Below are positions 1 through 13,338 of a stretch of 64,000 nt of DNA, piece after piece. Positions within the stretch are counted from its first letter, which is position 1. The number at the start of each line of letters is the position of its first letter. The stretch lies in assembly GCA_964016885.1 (NCBI GenBank), contig OZ024755.1, positions 1,860,001 through 1,924,000 on the forward strand, read 5' to 3'. Position numbers and translations under genes: made by a program. Origin of the DNA: Eledone cirrhosa (taxonomy: Eukaryota). The notes under the pieces were generated by a model. The model did not search any database. It was given only the letters and a program-made list of their open reading frames with translations, and was not told where the DNA came from.

Positions 1-163
1 ATTGTTTGTTTGGTTTTGTCTGTTGATTGGTTAGTCGGTCAGTTTGTTGGTTGGTAGTTCGGTCATCTGGCTTTGAGAGAGAGATAAGGGACGGATAGGG
101 TCAGTTGGTCAGGCGGTATATCTTCCACGCTTACACATACTCTTGAGACCCGAGAGTGCACGT

Positions 164-199
<36 letters not shown>

Positions 200-203
<4 letters not shown>

Positions 204-367
204 TTCCTGCCAGTTGGTTTTACCTGTAAAATCTGTAGTGATTCTTTCCTGAGACATTCTAACCACGTATCCATAGTATTGGAGTTGTGATCTCTCAATT
301 CAGAGATTCTTTCCTGAGACATTCTAACCACATATCCATAGTATCGGAGCTGTGATCTCTCAATTCG
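200..367 (-). mobile_element. RTE LINE C-terminal fragment with an internal ~65-bp tandem duplication
   Basis: IERSQL..YGYVVRMSQERI occurs twice. Homologous to 57890-57990. Confidence 0.7.
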
Positions 368-1360
368 AAGGATATACCGATAGAGTTTTATGTGGTTACG
401 TTAGTTTATTTTAGTAAAAGTGAGAAAGCACCATCGTTTACTGTATATAGCCGTAACAGTTAAAACACATGTCATTAGATATGGTGAGTTGATGTTATAA
501 TCTTGTTTACTTTTATATATTTCAGGAGTGTTTTTATTGTAAGTTGTAACTTCATGGTTGGCAACATTTCAAGCAACAAACATACATGTACACACACACA
601 TATGTATATTTATATACATGCTTGTATATACATGAACAGAAGCATACACACGTGCTTTTGTGTGTCTATATCTGTATAGATTGGCAGAAATATATACATA
701 CATACATACATTCACACATATATACATAATCCATCAACTAAAGCTAAAATAACATTGTTCTAAGCTGTAGACACCATTTCACTATATAACATATATCACC
801 ACTGAATCGTATACAGAGGACACACATACTACTACTACTACTACTACTACTATTACTACCACTAACACTACCACCACCACCACTACTACCACTAACACTA
901 CCACCACAACCATTACTACTACTACTACTAGTACCACTAACACTACCACTACTACCACCACCATTACCGCTACTACTACTACTAACACTACTACCACCAC
1001 CACCACTACTACTACCACTACTACTACTGTTATCACCATTATCATTATCTTGGGTGTCTTTAGCAAGATTTGTTCTGTTGCAATCATTTGGAGCATGTTC
1101 CTCCCTGATTTCATTATATCTTTCTCCCTCCTTCACACCAACTTCAGGGGCCCTGATAAAGTGTTAAGGGCTCAGAATATCTTTCTCCCTCCTTCACACC
1201 AACTTCAGGGGCCCTGATAAAGTGTTAAGGGCTCAGAATATCTTTTTCCCTAATTGTTTGTGTTGAAGTGTGTGTGTGGTGGGGAGGTTTAGTGGGGGTT
1301 GTGTGGTGATAAGTGAGTTCACAGAATCAGTGAACCATGCCGTAGCAGTGGAAAAAACAG

Positions 1361-1743
1361 AAGGTCTCTCTCTCAAGAGAATGGTGGACCAGCTAGGATA
1401 TAATAAATATTTGGGAACTAAAGGTCTCTCTCTCAAGAGAATGGTGGACCAGCTAGGATATAATAAATATTTGGGAACTAAAGGTCTCTCTCTCAAGAGA
1501 ATGGTGGACCAGCTAGGATATAATAAATATTTGGGAACTAAAGGTCTCTCTCTCAAGAGAATGGTGGACCAGCTAGGATATAATAAATATTTGGGAACTA
1601 AAGGTCTCTCTCTCAAGAGAATGGTGGACCAGCTAGGATATAATAAATATTTGGGAACTAAAGGTCTCTCTCTCAAGAGAATGGTGGACCAGCTAGGATA
1701 TAATAAATATTTGGGAACTAAAGGTCTCTCTCTCAAGAGAATG
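1361..1743. repeat. Perfect 60-bp tandem repeat, about 6.4 copies
   Basis: Identical consecutive 60-nt lines aaggtctctctctcaagagaatggtggaccagctaggatataataaatatttgggaacta. Confidence 0.97.
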
Positions 1744-2387
1744 CTTTCTTTTATATTTTTTAATACAATCTTCAGTTGAAGAACCACAAGTTGATAACGC
1801 AGCACAACAGTGAAAACACAAACCTTAATAGCAACAACACTATCACCATCATTACCAACATCACTATCACAAACATCAATACTTCCATCATCAACACCAA
1901 TACCACAATGATCAATAGTAACATCACAATTATCACCATCTTCCTCATCACATTTTCTCTATCTATCTGTGCTGTTATTAACTGACATCCAATCTGTCCT
2001 GTATTGGCTATCTCTTAGATTTGGTGTGGTGGTGGGGTAGCTGTAGAGGTACATAACACACACACACTTAGCTCTCTCTCTCACACACACTATACCTAAC
2101 TCTCTCTCTCACACATTCTCTATATCTAACTCTCTCTCTCTCTCACACATTCTCTATACCTAACTCTCTCTCTCTCTCACACATTCTCTATATCTAACTA
2201 TCTCTCTCTCACACAATCTATACTTAACTCTCCCTCTCTCTATACCTAACTCACACACAATCTTCAGTCTATACCTCTCTCTCTCTCACAATCTCTGTCT
2301 CTTATAGCCATGAAACCAAAGTACCGAGACAGTGTGTGTTTGGCTAAATTGTAAATAAGTTTACATGAGCACATTTAATGAATGTGT

Positions 2388-2440
<53 letters not shown>

Positions 2441-3416
2441 TTTCTCTGTACGTGTTTGAATTATTGGATAATAGAAGAAAAGAATAAATATATAGTTATA
2501 CGCCAGCCATCGATATCAATTCCACAATATAGAGTGGATATAACTTATGATGATAGTGATGGTGGTGGAATGACAGAATGACATAGCAGTTAGTAGAGTG
2601 GATATAACTTATAATGATGATGATGGTGGAATGACAGAATGACATAGCAGTTAGTAGAGTGGATATAACTTATAATGATGATGATGGTGGAATGAAGGAA
2701 TGACAATGACAGAATGGCATAGCAGTTAATAGAGGTGATGGAATGAAGGATTGACAGAACAACGGAATATGACAGTAGTTATTATGACCATTGTGATGAT
2801 GGTGGAATTATGGAATAATAGAATGGTATAGCATAATAGAAGAGTTGAATTATGGAATATGGCATAGTAGTTAGACTCTATATGGCTATAGTGATGATGA
2901 TGATGGAACAATATAGTATAGTAGTGGTTGTGTAAGGAGAGATACATAATGGTAGCACTAGCTGTAGTGGTGATGTTGGTGGTGATGTTTGTAGTGGTGG
3001 TGGTGGTGGCAGTGATGTTTGTAGTGGTGGTGGTAGTTGTGGTGGCAGTGATGTTTGTAGTGGTGGTGGTAGTGATGAATGTAATGGTGGTGGTGTTGGC
3101 AGTGATATTTGTAGTGGTGGTGGCAGTGATGTATGTAGTGGTAGTGGTGGCAGTAATGTTTGTAGTGGTGGTGGTGGTGTTGGTGGTGGTGGTGTTGGTG
3201 GTGTTATTAGAGGAGGTGACAGTGTTGGTAGTAAGTGATGATGGTGCTGGTGTTTCTAAGTCATTTTGGTGATTGGTGCCAATGATTACAATTGGTTCTT
3301 GTGTCATTATTGCATTGATAAATAATAATTGTTTCTACTTTTGGCACAAGGCCAGCAATTACCCCAGTGTATTACTGGTAATATTAGTTTAATAACAATA
3401 ATGTCATATATTGGTA

Positions 3417-4960
3417 ATAAGATGGTAGACCATTGGGGCCAATATAAATAAGATGGTAGACCATTGGGGCCAATATAAATAAGATGGTAGACCATTAGGG
3501 CCAATATAAATAAGATGGTAGACCATTAGGGCCAATATAAATAAGATGGTAGACCATTAGGGCCAATATAAATAAGATGGTAGACCATTAGGGCCAATAT
3601 AAATAAGATGGTAGACCATTAGGGCCAATATAAATAAGATGGTAGACCATTGGGGCCAATATAAATAAGATGGTAGACCATTAGGGCCAATATAAATAAG
3701 ATGGTAGACCATTAGGGCCAATATAAATAAGATGGTAGACCATTGGGGCCAATATAAATAAGATGGTAGACCATTAGGGCCAATATAAATAAGATGGTAG
3801 ACCATTGGGGCCAATATAAATAAGATGGTAGACCATTAGGGCCAATATAAATAAGATGGTAGACCATTAGGGCCAATATAAATAAGATGGTAGACCATTA
3901 GGGCCAATATAAATAAGATGGTAGACCATTGGGGCCAATATAAATAAGATGGTAGACCATTAGGGCCAATATAAATAAGATGGTAGACCATTAGGGCCAA
4001 TATAAATAAGATGGTAGACCATTGGGGCCAATATAAATAAGATGGTAGACCATTGGGGCCAATATAAATAAGATGGTAGACCATTAGGGCCAATATAAAT
4101 AAGATGGTAGACCATTGGGGCCAATATAAATAAGATGGTAGACCATTAGGGCCAATATAAAGATGGTAGACCATTAGGGCCAATATAAATAAGATGGTAG
4201 ACCATTGGGGCCAATATAAATAAGATGGTAGACCATTAGGGCCAATATAAATAAGATGGTAGACCATTGGGGCCAATATAAATAAGATGGTAGACCATTA
4301 GGGCCAATATAAATAAGATGGTAGACCATTGGGGCCAATATAAATAAGATGGTAGACCATTAGGGCCAATATAAATAAGATGGTAGACCATTAGGGCCAA
4401 TATAAATAAGATGGTAGACCATTAGGGCCAATATAAATAAGATGGTAGACCATTGGGGCCAATATAAATAAGATGGTAGACCATTAGGGCCAATATAAAT
4501 AAGATGGTAGACCATTAGGGCCAATATAAATAAGATGGTAGACCATTGGGGCCAATATAAATAAGATGGTAGACCATTGGGGCCAATATAAATAAGATGG
4601 TAGACCATTAGGGCCAATATAAATAAGATGGTAGACCATTGGGGCCAATATAAATAAGATGGTAGACCATTAGGGCCAATATAAAGATGGTAGACCATTA
4701 GGGCCAATATAAATAAGATGGTAGACCATTGGGGCCAATATAAATAAGATGGTAGACCATTAGGGCCAATATAAATAAGATGGTAGACCATTGGGGCCAA
4801 TATAAATAAGATGGTAGACCATTAGGGCCAATATAAATAAGATGGTAGACCATTGGGGCCAATATAAATAAGATGGTAGACCATTAGGGCCAATATAAAT
4901 AAGATGGTAGACCATTAGGGCCAATATAAATAAGATGGTAGACCATTAGGGCCAATATAA
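3417..4960. repeat. 31-bp minisatellite, about 50 copies
   Basis: Unit ccaatataaataagatggtagaccatt(a/g)ggg. Confidence 0.97.
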
Positions 4961-5173
4961 GGAGGAAGAACAACCATAATAATGGTTTTTAATTTAGGAA
5001 CAAGGCCAGCAATTTAGAATGGGAGATCGATTATATCGAACCTTGGAAAGAATGAAGGTAAAATTGACTTCGAATAGTAGTAGTAGTAGTGGTGGTAGTA
5101 GTAGTAGTAGTTGTGGTGTTGGTGGTATTAGTAGTGGTGGTGGTATTATTATTAGTAGTAGTGGTGGTATTAA

Positions 5174-5205
<32 letters not shown>

Positions 5206-5269
5206 ATATGAGCAACGATAGGTAGTGGTGGCCAATGGTGATGGCCATGATACTGTTGAAGGCAATAAT

Positions 5270-8200
5270 GATAGAGATGATGGTGGTGTAGAGAGAGACA
5301 TAGATGAGAGAGGTGATGGTGACAGAGAGAGACATAGATGAGAGAGGTGATGGTGAAGAGAGAGACATAGATGAGAGAGGTGATGGTGAAGAGAGAGACA
5401 TAGATGAGAGAGGTGATGGTGGTGAAGAGAGAGACATAGATGAGAGAGGTGATGGTGGTGAAGAGAGAGACATAGATGAGAGAGGTGATGGTGGTGTAGA
5501 GAGAGACATAGATGAGAGAGGTGATGGTGGTGACAGAGAGAGAGACATAGATGAGAGAGGTGATGGTGGTGAAGAGAGAGACATAGATGAGAGAGGTGAT
5601 GGTGAAGAGAGAGACATAGATGAGAGAGGTGATGGTGGTGTAGAGAGAGACATATATGAGAGAGATGATGGTGGTGAAGAGAGAGACATAGATGAGAGAA
5701 GTGATGGTGGTGACAGAGAGAGACATAGATGAGAGAGGTGATGGTGGTGAAGAGAGAGACATAGATGAGAGAGGTGATGGTGGTGACAGAGAGAGACATA
5801 GATGAGAGAGATGATGGTGGTGAAGAGAGAGAGACATAGATGAGAGAGGTGATGGTGGTGAAGAGAGAGACATAGATGAGAGAGGTGATGGTGGTGACAG
5901 AGAGAGACATAGATGAGAGAGGTGATGGTGGTGAAGAGAGAGACATAGATGAGAGAGATGATGGTGGTGACAGAGAGAGACATAGATGAGAGAGGTGATG
6001 GTGGTGACAGAGAGAGACATAGATGAGAGAGGTGATGGTGGTGAAGAGAGAGACATAGATGAGAGAGGTGATGGTGGTGAAGAGAGAGACATAGATGAGA
6101 GAGGTGATGGTGGTGTAGAGAGAGACATAGATGAGAGAGGTGATGGTGGTGAAGAGAGAGACATAGATGAGAGAGGTGATGGTGGTGAAGAGAGAGACAT
6201 AGATGAGAGAGGTGATGGTGGTGTAGAGAGAGACATAGATGAGAGAGGTGATGGTGGTGAAGAGAGAGACATAGATGAGAGAGGTGATGGTGGTGAAGAG
6301 AGAGACATAGATGAGAGAGGTGATGGTGGTGTAGAGAGAGACATAGATGAGAGAGATGATGGTGGTGTAGAGAGAGACATAGATGAGAGAGGTGATGGTG
6401 GTGAAGAGAGAGACATAGATGAGAGAGGTGATGGTGGTGACAGAGAGAGAGACATAGATGAGAGAGGTGATGGTGGTGACAGAGAGAGACATAGATGAGA
6501 GAGGTGATGGTGAAGAGAGAGACATAGATGAGAGAGGTGATGGTGGTGTAGAGAGAGACATAGATGAGAGAGGTGATGGTGGTGACAGAGAGAGACATAG
6601 ATGAGAGAGATGATGGTGGTGAAGAGAGAGACATAGATGAGAGAGGTGATGGTGGTGAAGAGAGAGACATAGATGAGAGAGGTGATGGTTGTGAAGAGAG
6701 AGACATAGATGAGAGAGGTGATGGTGGTGACAGAGAGAGACATAGATGAGAGAGATGATGGTGGTGACAGAGAGAGACATAGATGAGAGAGATGATGGTG
6801 GTGTAGAGAGAGACATAGATGAGAGAGGTGATGGTGGTGACAGAGAGAGAGACATAGATGAGAGAGGTGATGGTGGTGACAGAGAGAGACATAGATGAGA
6901 GAGGTGATGGTGAAGAGAGAGACATAGATGAGAGAGGTGATGGTGGTGACAGAGAGAGAGACATAGATGAGAGAGGTGATGGTGGTGAAGAGAGAGACAT
7001 AGATGAGAGAGGTGATGGTGGTGACAGAGAGAGACATAGATGAGAGAGGTGATGGTGGTGTAGAGAGAGACATAGATGAGAGAGGTGATGGTGGTGACAG
7101 AGAGAGACATAGATGAGAGAGATGATGGTGGTGAAGAGAGAGACATAGATGAGAGAGGTGATGGTGGTGAAGAGAGAGACATAGATGAGAGAGGTGATGG
7201 TGGTGAAGAGAGAGACATAGATGAGAGAGGTGATGGTGGTGACAGAGAGAGACATAGATGAGAGAGATGATGGTGGTGACAGAGAGAGACATAGATGAGA
7301 GAGATGATGGTGGTGTAGAGAGAGACATAGATGAGAGAGGTGATGGTGGTGACAGAGAGAGAGACATAGATGAGAGAGGTGATGGTGGTGACAGAGAGAG
7401 ACATAGATGAGAGAGGTGATGGTGGTGACAGAGAGAGACATAGATGAGAGAGGTGATGGTGGTGTAGAGAGAGACATAGATGAGAGAGGTGATGGTGGTG
7501 ACAGAGAGAGACATAGATGAGAGAGATGATGGTGGTGAAGAGAGAGACATAGATGAGAGAGGTGATGGTGGTGACAGAGAGAGAGACATAGATGAGAGAG
7601 GTGATGGTGGTGTAGAGAGAGACATAGATGAGAGAGATGATGGTGGTGAAGAGAGAGACATAGATGAGAGAGGTGATGGTGGTGAAGAGAGAGACATAGA
7701 TGAGAGAGATGATGGTGGTGAAGAGAGAGACATAGATGAGAGAGATGATGGTGGTGACAGAGAGAGACATAGATGAGAGAGATGATGGTGGTGACAGAGA
7801 GAGACATAGATGAGAGAGATGATGGTGGTGAAGAGAGAGACATAGATGAGAGAGATGATGGTGGTGACAGAGAGAGACATAGATGAGAGAGATGATGGTG
7901 GTGAAGAGAGAGACATAGATGAGAGAGGTGATGGTGGTGAAGAGAGAGACATAGATGAGAGAGATGATGGTGGTGAAGAGAGAGACATAGATGAGAGAGA
8001 TGATGGTGGTGACAGAGAGAGACATAGATGAGAGAGATGATGGTGGTGACAGAGAGAGACATAGATGAGAGAGATGATGGTGGTGTAGAGAGAGAGACAT
8101 AGATGAGAGAGGTGATGGTGGTGACAGAGAGAGACATAGATGAGAGAGGTGATGGTGGTGACAGAGAGAGAGACATAGATGAGAGAGGTGATGGTGGTGA

Positions 8201-9592
8201 CAGAGAGAGACATAGATGAGAGAGGTGATGGTGGTGACAGAGAGAGACATAGATGAGAGAGGTGATGGTGGTGTAGAGAGAGACATAGATGAGAGAGGTG
8301 ATGGTGGTGACAGAGAGAGACATAGATGAGAGAGATGATGGTGGTGAAGAGAGAGACATAGATGAGAGAGGTGATGGTGGTGACAGAGAGAGAGACATAG
8401 ATGAGAGAGGTGATGGTGGTGTAGAGAGAGACATAGATGAGAGAGGTGATGGTGGTGACAGAGAGAGAGACATAGATGAGAGAGGTGATGGTGGTGAAGA
8501 GAGAGACATAGATGAGAGAGGTGATGGTGGTGTAGAGAGAGACATAGATGAGAGAGGTGTGAGAGAGATGGCAGAGAGACAGAGATGATAGAGGTGTGAG
8601 AGAGATGGCAGAGAGACAGATGAGAGAGGTGTGAGAGAGATGGCAGAGAGACAGAGATGATAGAGGTGTGAGACAGATGAGAGAGGTGTGAGAGAGATGG
8701 CAGAGAGACAGAGATGATAGAGGTGTGAGAGAGATGGCAGAGAGACAGATGATAGAGGTATGAGAGAGATGACAGAGAGACAGAGATGATAGAGGTGTGA
8801 GAGAGATGATGGTGGTGACAGAGAGAGACAGAGATGATAGAGGTGTGAGAGAGATGGCAGAGAGACAGAGATGATAGAGGTGTGAGAGAGATGACAGAGA
8901 GACAGAGATGATAGAGGTGTGAGAGAGATGATAGAGGTGTGAGAGAGATGATAGAGGTATGAGAGAGATGACAGAGAGACAGATGATAGAGGTGTGAGAG
9001 AGATGACAGAGAGACAGATGATAGAGGTGTGAGAGAGATGGCAGAGAGACAGAGATGATAGAGATGTGAGAGAGATGGCAGAGAGACAGAGATGATAGAG
9101 GTGTGAGAGAGATGGCAGAGAGACAGAGATGATAGAGGTGTGAGAGAGATGGCAGAGAGACAGAGATGATAGAGGTGTGAGAGAGATGGCAGAGAGACAG
9201 AGATGATAGAGGTGTGAGAGAGATGGCAGAGAGACAGAGATGATAGAGGTGTGAGAGAGATGGCAGAGAGACAGAGATGATAGAGGTATGAGAGAGACAG
9301 ATGATAGAGGTATGAGAGAGATGACAGAGAGACAGATGATAGAGGTGTGAGAGAGATGACAGAGAGACAGAGATGATAGAGATGTGAGAGAGATGGCAGA
9401 GAGACAGAGATGATAGAGGTGTGAGAGAGATGGCAGAGAGACAGAGATGATAGAGGTGTGAGAGAGATGGCAGAGAGACAGAGATGATAGAGGTATGAGA
9501 GAGATGGCAGAGAGACAGAGATGATAGAGGTGTGAGAGAGATGACAGAGATGGCAGAGAGACAGAGATGATAGCGGTGTGAGAGAGATGGCC
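5270..9592. repeat. Purine-rich compound minisatellite (two related units, switch at about 8558)
   Basis: Units gagagagacatagatgagagaggtgatggtggtg(aa/ta/aca), then gtgagagagatggcagagagacagagatgatagaggt. Confidence 0.96.
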
Positions 9593-9973
9593 ATAGCTGA
9601 TACTGTGATACTATAACGATGTGAAAGGTAGAGTGTGGCTTTACAAAAGAAAGGTATACAACACACGTAGCTTCTCAGTGAATTGTGAACATAGTGGTAG
9701 TAGTTGTAGTGGTAGTAGTTGCAGTAGTGGTTGTGGTGGTAGTAGTAGCAGTAGTGGTGGCTGTGGTGGTAGTAGCAGTAGTGGTTGTGGAGGTTGTAGT
9801 AGCAGTGGTAGTGGTAGTAGTAATAGTAGTGGTAGCGGTAGTAGTAGCAGTTGTGGTTGCGGTGGTAGCAGTAGCAATAGTAATGAAATAGTAAATATTC
9901 AGTTAGAAGCTACTGTGATGTGTATATGGCTGGATGGAGATTTGGCTTCTTCTTGCTTACACAAATAAACACT

Positions 9974-10004
<31 letters not shown>

Positions 10005-10065
10005 ATGATGATTTCTAAAGAATGAAACAGTTCTAGTCCTGTAGAATCTCATCTATTTTAAAACC

Positions 10066-10099
<34 letters not shown>

Positions 10100-11933
10100 G
10101 AGAAGGTAATGAGGTTCCCTTTCGGAAATGGAAAAAGAGGAACGAGGCACCTTCTTCTCCCAGCCAAACATCTGTAACTCAATATAACTACTACTACTAC
10201 TACTACTATATCAATAACAACAACTACAGGTAGCTTATACGTGTTAGGTAGTTCGATCTGCTGGGAGCGTAGCAAAATCCCCTTCAAATTAACTCCCTGG
10301 TCACTGGACTAGCTAGAAATAGCAGCTACATGTCCATCAAAGAAAGGAAACATTAGTTAAAGGACCAGGACTTGATGAGAGGGAAATTCTCGCACAAGTC
10401 ACGTTGCACCAGCTAGAAATGGAAACAAATCTTCCCCATATTATACCCTACAGCTTAAAAAAAAAAAAAACCAAAACACTGAATAATGTAATTCTAGCAC
10501 AGAAGGATGAGCTGGTCACGGCTGGAGTGTCTTTGATCAGAGATCTGTTGGATCAAGGTTTAACTTATTCGTTACAGTATTTCTAATCATAGACGAGGGA
10601 ATTAGTAATATCAATAAAAATCCGAGGTCATATTCATTTGGTTTATTAAAATCTGTAATGTACATTTCACTGAGGACATACTTGTTCGGTTAACCCCTTA
10701 CTATATATATATATAACTTAGTCATCATTAAGCTGGTGTTTGGAACATAACTTAACAAAGATTCATTTATAAAATGATGGTAAAAGATTTAAAAACAAAT
10801 ATAAACACTTTAAAATAAAGTTTTGAATCCTAAAAGCTGGGGTAGTTTCAATTATGTGATTTGAAAAGGGTTAAACAGCATAGAAGATTCAAATATAATA
10901 AATCATGACTGTAATATATGTAAGGGGTTAAATAGAAACCTGGTTTATATATAAAGGGGGCAATATATATAGCTGGTTTTTATATGAGGGGCAATATATA
11001 CATCTAGTTTATATATAAAGATTAATTATATGTATATATCTAAGAAGGGACGGAATCATTAAGAACAAAATAAAAGCCACTGAAATAATAACGAAGACAG
11101 CAAAACAACGGGTTTTAAATGGATCGTGGTGTTGTTTGTGTAGAGATGTTAAAGAAAGGAATAAAGGAAAAAGTAAGAATGAAAGAAGACCAACAGAAAT
11201 ATTTGTTAGGAAGTGAAAGAAATTAATGTAAACAAGAACAAAGGAAGCGAAAATAAGATTGAAAGAAAAGAAGTTTATAGACCTTAAAACCGTCTCTGGT
11301 TTTACTATACTGTTTTGTTTTAAAGTGTTTATATTTATCTAAAACACTTCATTCATAATTTATGTAAGAACCTATGTTAAGTTAAGTTCCATATAGCAAC
11401 TTAAGAGAGTTAGTTATATCACTAAATCTATCTAAATTCTAGATTATTTCAAAATTATAGGCAGTGTTTGTCTTTCATTAAAAATATGGTTAACGAAAGG
11501 GTTAAAGAAAACAAAAAGATCGCAAGAATGAATGAAAGATAAATGAAAGAACGAAAGGAATTATATTAGAAGAATGAATGAAAGAATGAAGAGAAATAAA
11601 TAAATAATGCAAAAAACAGGTCAAATGAATGAGGAAAGAAAAGAAGTTTGAATAAGAAGTTAAAAAGAATATCTTCTACAAAAGTTTTATTATACTTCAG
11701 ATAGAAATATAATTAATTACTGCTAGGAATCTTATACACAAAGATATACAATGAAAGCGAAGAAACCCCATCAATTCAACAAATGAAATCACCCAAGTGT
11801 TTCAGTGATAATGAGGATTCTGTGAGGTTCATGCCCTATCAATTCAATCACCAAAAAGCCCCCTCCCCCCTGATCTAGTAATAATGAGGATTTAGTGAAG
11901 TCCATGCCCCCCTCCATTTTTTTCAAGGCCATT

Positions 11934-12165
11934 TTAACCCTTTTGATACTAAACTGCCTGGAACCGCACCTGTCTCTATCATGACACAACGCTGATTATT
12001 TAAGGAGTTTCAATTTATCCTTCTATCATAATTTTATATAAGAACTTCTATTAAGCTATACTTAATGAGAAACTTACTTATATTACTAATTCCCTCAAAA
12101 TTCTGGATTATTTTCAAAATTATAGGCAACGTTTTTCATCAGAAATATGGCAGCGAAAGGGTTAA
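11934..12165. mobile_element. TTAA-flanked MITE (piggyBac-like)
   Basis: TTAA-CCCTTT...AAAGGG-TTAA. Related copies at about 10690-10874 and 11285-11504. Confidence 0.7.
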
Positions 12166-13171
12166 AGCGAGGTGAAGCTGTCGTGAAATGAAATGGCTTG
12201 CTTACTAACAATCAAAAAATCGTATCGAACACAAGTTTCAATATTAGAATGGTATAAAAGGCGCCAAAAATGTTGGAGAAGGCAGCGAGATGGGAATGAA
12301 GGTGGAGAGGATGCAATGTTATAGATTTTGTGATTTTCATGTTTTTTCTTCCACTGAAAGGAACATTACTGATAGAAAAACAATGTGGTACTCGGTGGAT
12401 AATAAGAGCGGGGTGAGACCCCCACCTTTACTGACAATAATTAAATAACAATATTTGTTTCTGATTCAGATACAAGGTTAGCAACATAGAGAAGGAAGGG
12501 ATAAATCGATTAAATCGATCCCAGTACTTGACTGGTACATTTATGTTATCGATCTGGGAAGGATATGAAGGCGAAATCAACCTCTGTAGGATTTGAACTC
12601 AGAACATAGCATTTGTCCGATGCTGGAACGGTTGTGCTAATATAATTAATATAGGTGAAAGTTAAAATCTCTCACCTAAATCAATATCAACAAAACGAAA
12701 TATACCTTCAATTTCTTGGAGGGGAGAAAGAGACTAAAGGTGTGTTAGAATCGATAGCCATTTCATAAAATGTATAAAATAATAAGTAAAGATACAATTT
12801 TCATCCCATTTGTGAACTTGTATCTCAATTGTTTTTATTGAAACAATATGTAAAAATGTGTCTAAATCTGTATTTATATTTATATGGAATTATCACTAAT
12901 GAAAACATAAACACACACTAGAGAGAGAGAGAGAGAAGCACTCACTAATAGGAATATCTAGTTTTGTAAATAGGAAAAAATATATACCTTGTAAATAATG
13001 TATATTATATATATATATATGTGTGTGTATATAGTTAATAGATGAAACAAAACAAAGAGGGGAATACAAAAATATTCAGTTATATTAAGTTGGTGCTTGG
13101 AGGAAATATATAATGGTAGAGTTTGTGTGTTTATATTGCGGTTATTTTGATGGGAGGAGATTGGTACTTAC

Positions 13172-13338
13172 TCTAATAGTCTTGGCGGTTCCAGAGCAAT
13201 AATCACATTGTAAGGTGTGTTGACGTTGAGTTTCACAGTCTTGGAGAGAGGAAATCGTTTACCATCCTGTTTAAAGAATACTGGAACATCTTTATGTCTC
13301 TTACGCATTCCAACAGTCATTCGAAAAGTGGCTGCCAT
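13172..13338 (-). CDS. CNRIP1: CB1 cannabinoid receptor-interacting protein 1 (CRIP1a) homologue, first coding exon (MAATFRMTVGMRKRHKDVPVFFKQDGKRFPLSKTVKLNVNTPYNVIIALEPPRLL)
   Basis: PVFFKQDGKRF..SKTVKL..NTPYNV...EP matches the recalled vertebrate CNRIP1 N-terminus PVFYKVDGQRF..NRTIKL..GSSYKV...KP. ATG in aaaaATGG context; GA|GTAAGT donor (phase 2). No downstream exons were found in the window. Confidence 0.87.

Noticed and set aside
4994-9666. Very long ORFs (1060-1498 aa) rich in His/Ser/Leu
   Set aside because: All three minus frames are open only because the satellite lacks stop codons on that strand. Unit lengths do not preserve frame and there are no domains.
10101-10180. Protein-like plus-strand stretch (EGNEVPFRKWKKRNEAPSS)
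   Set aside because: No pyrimidine tract, no partner exons and no recognisable homology.
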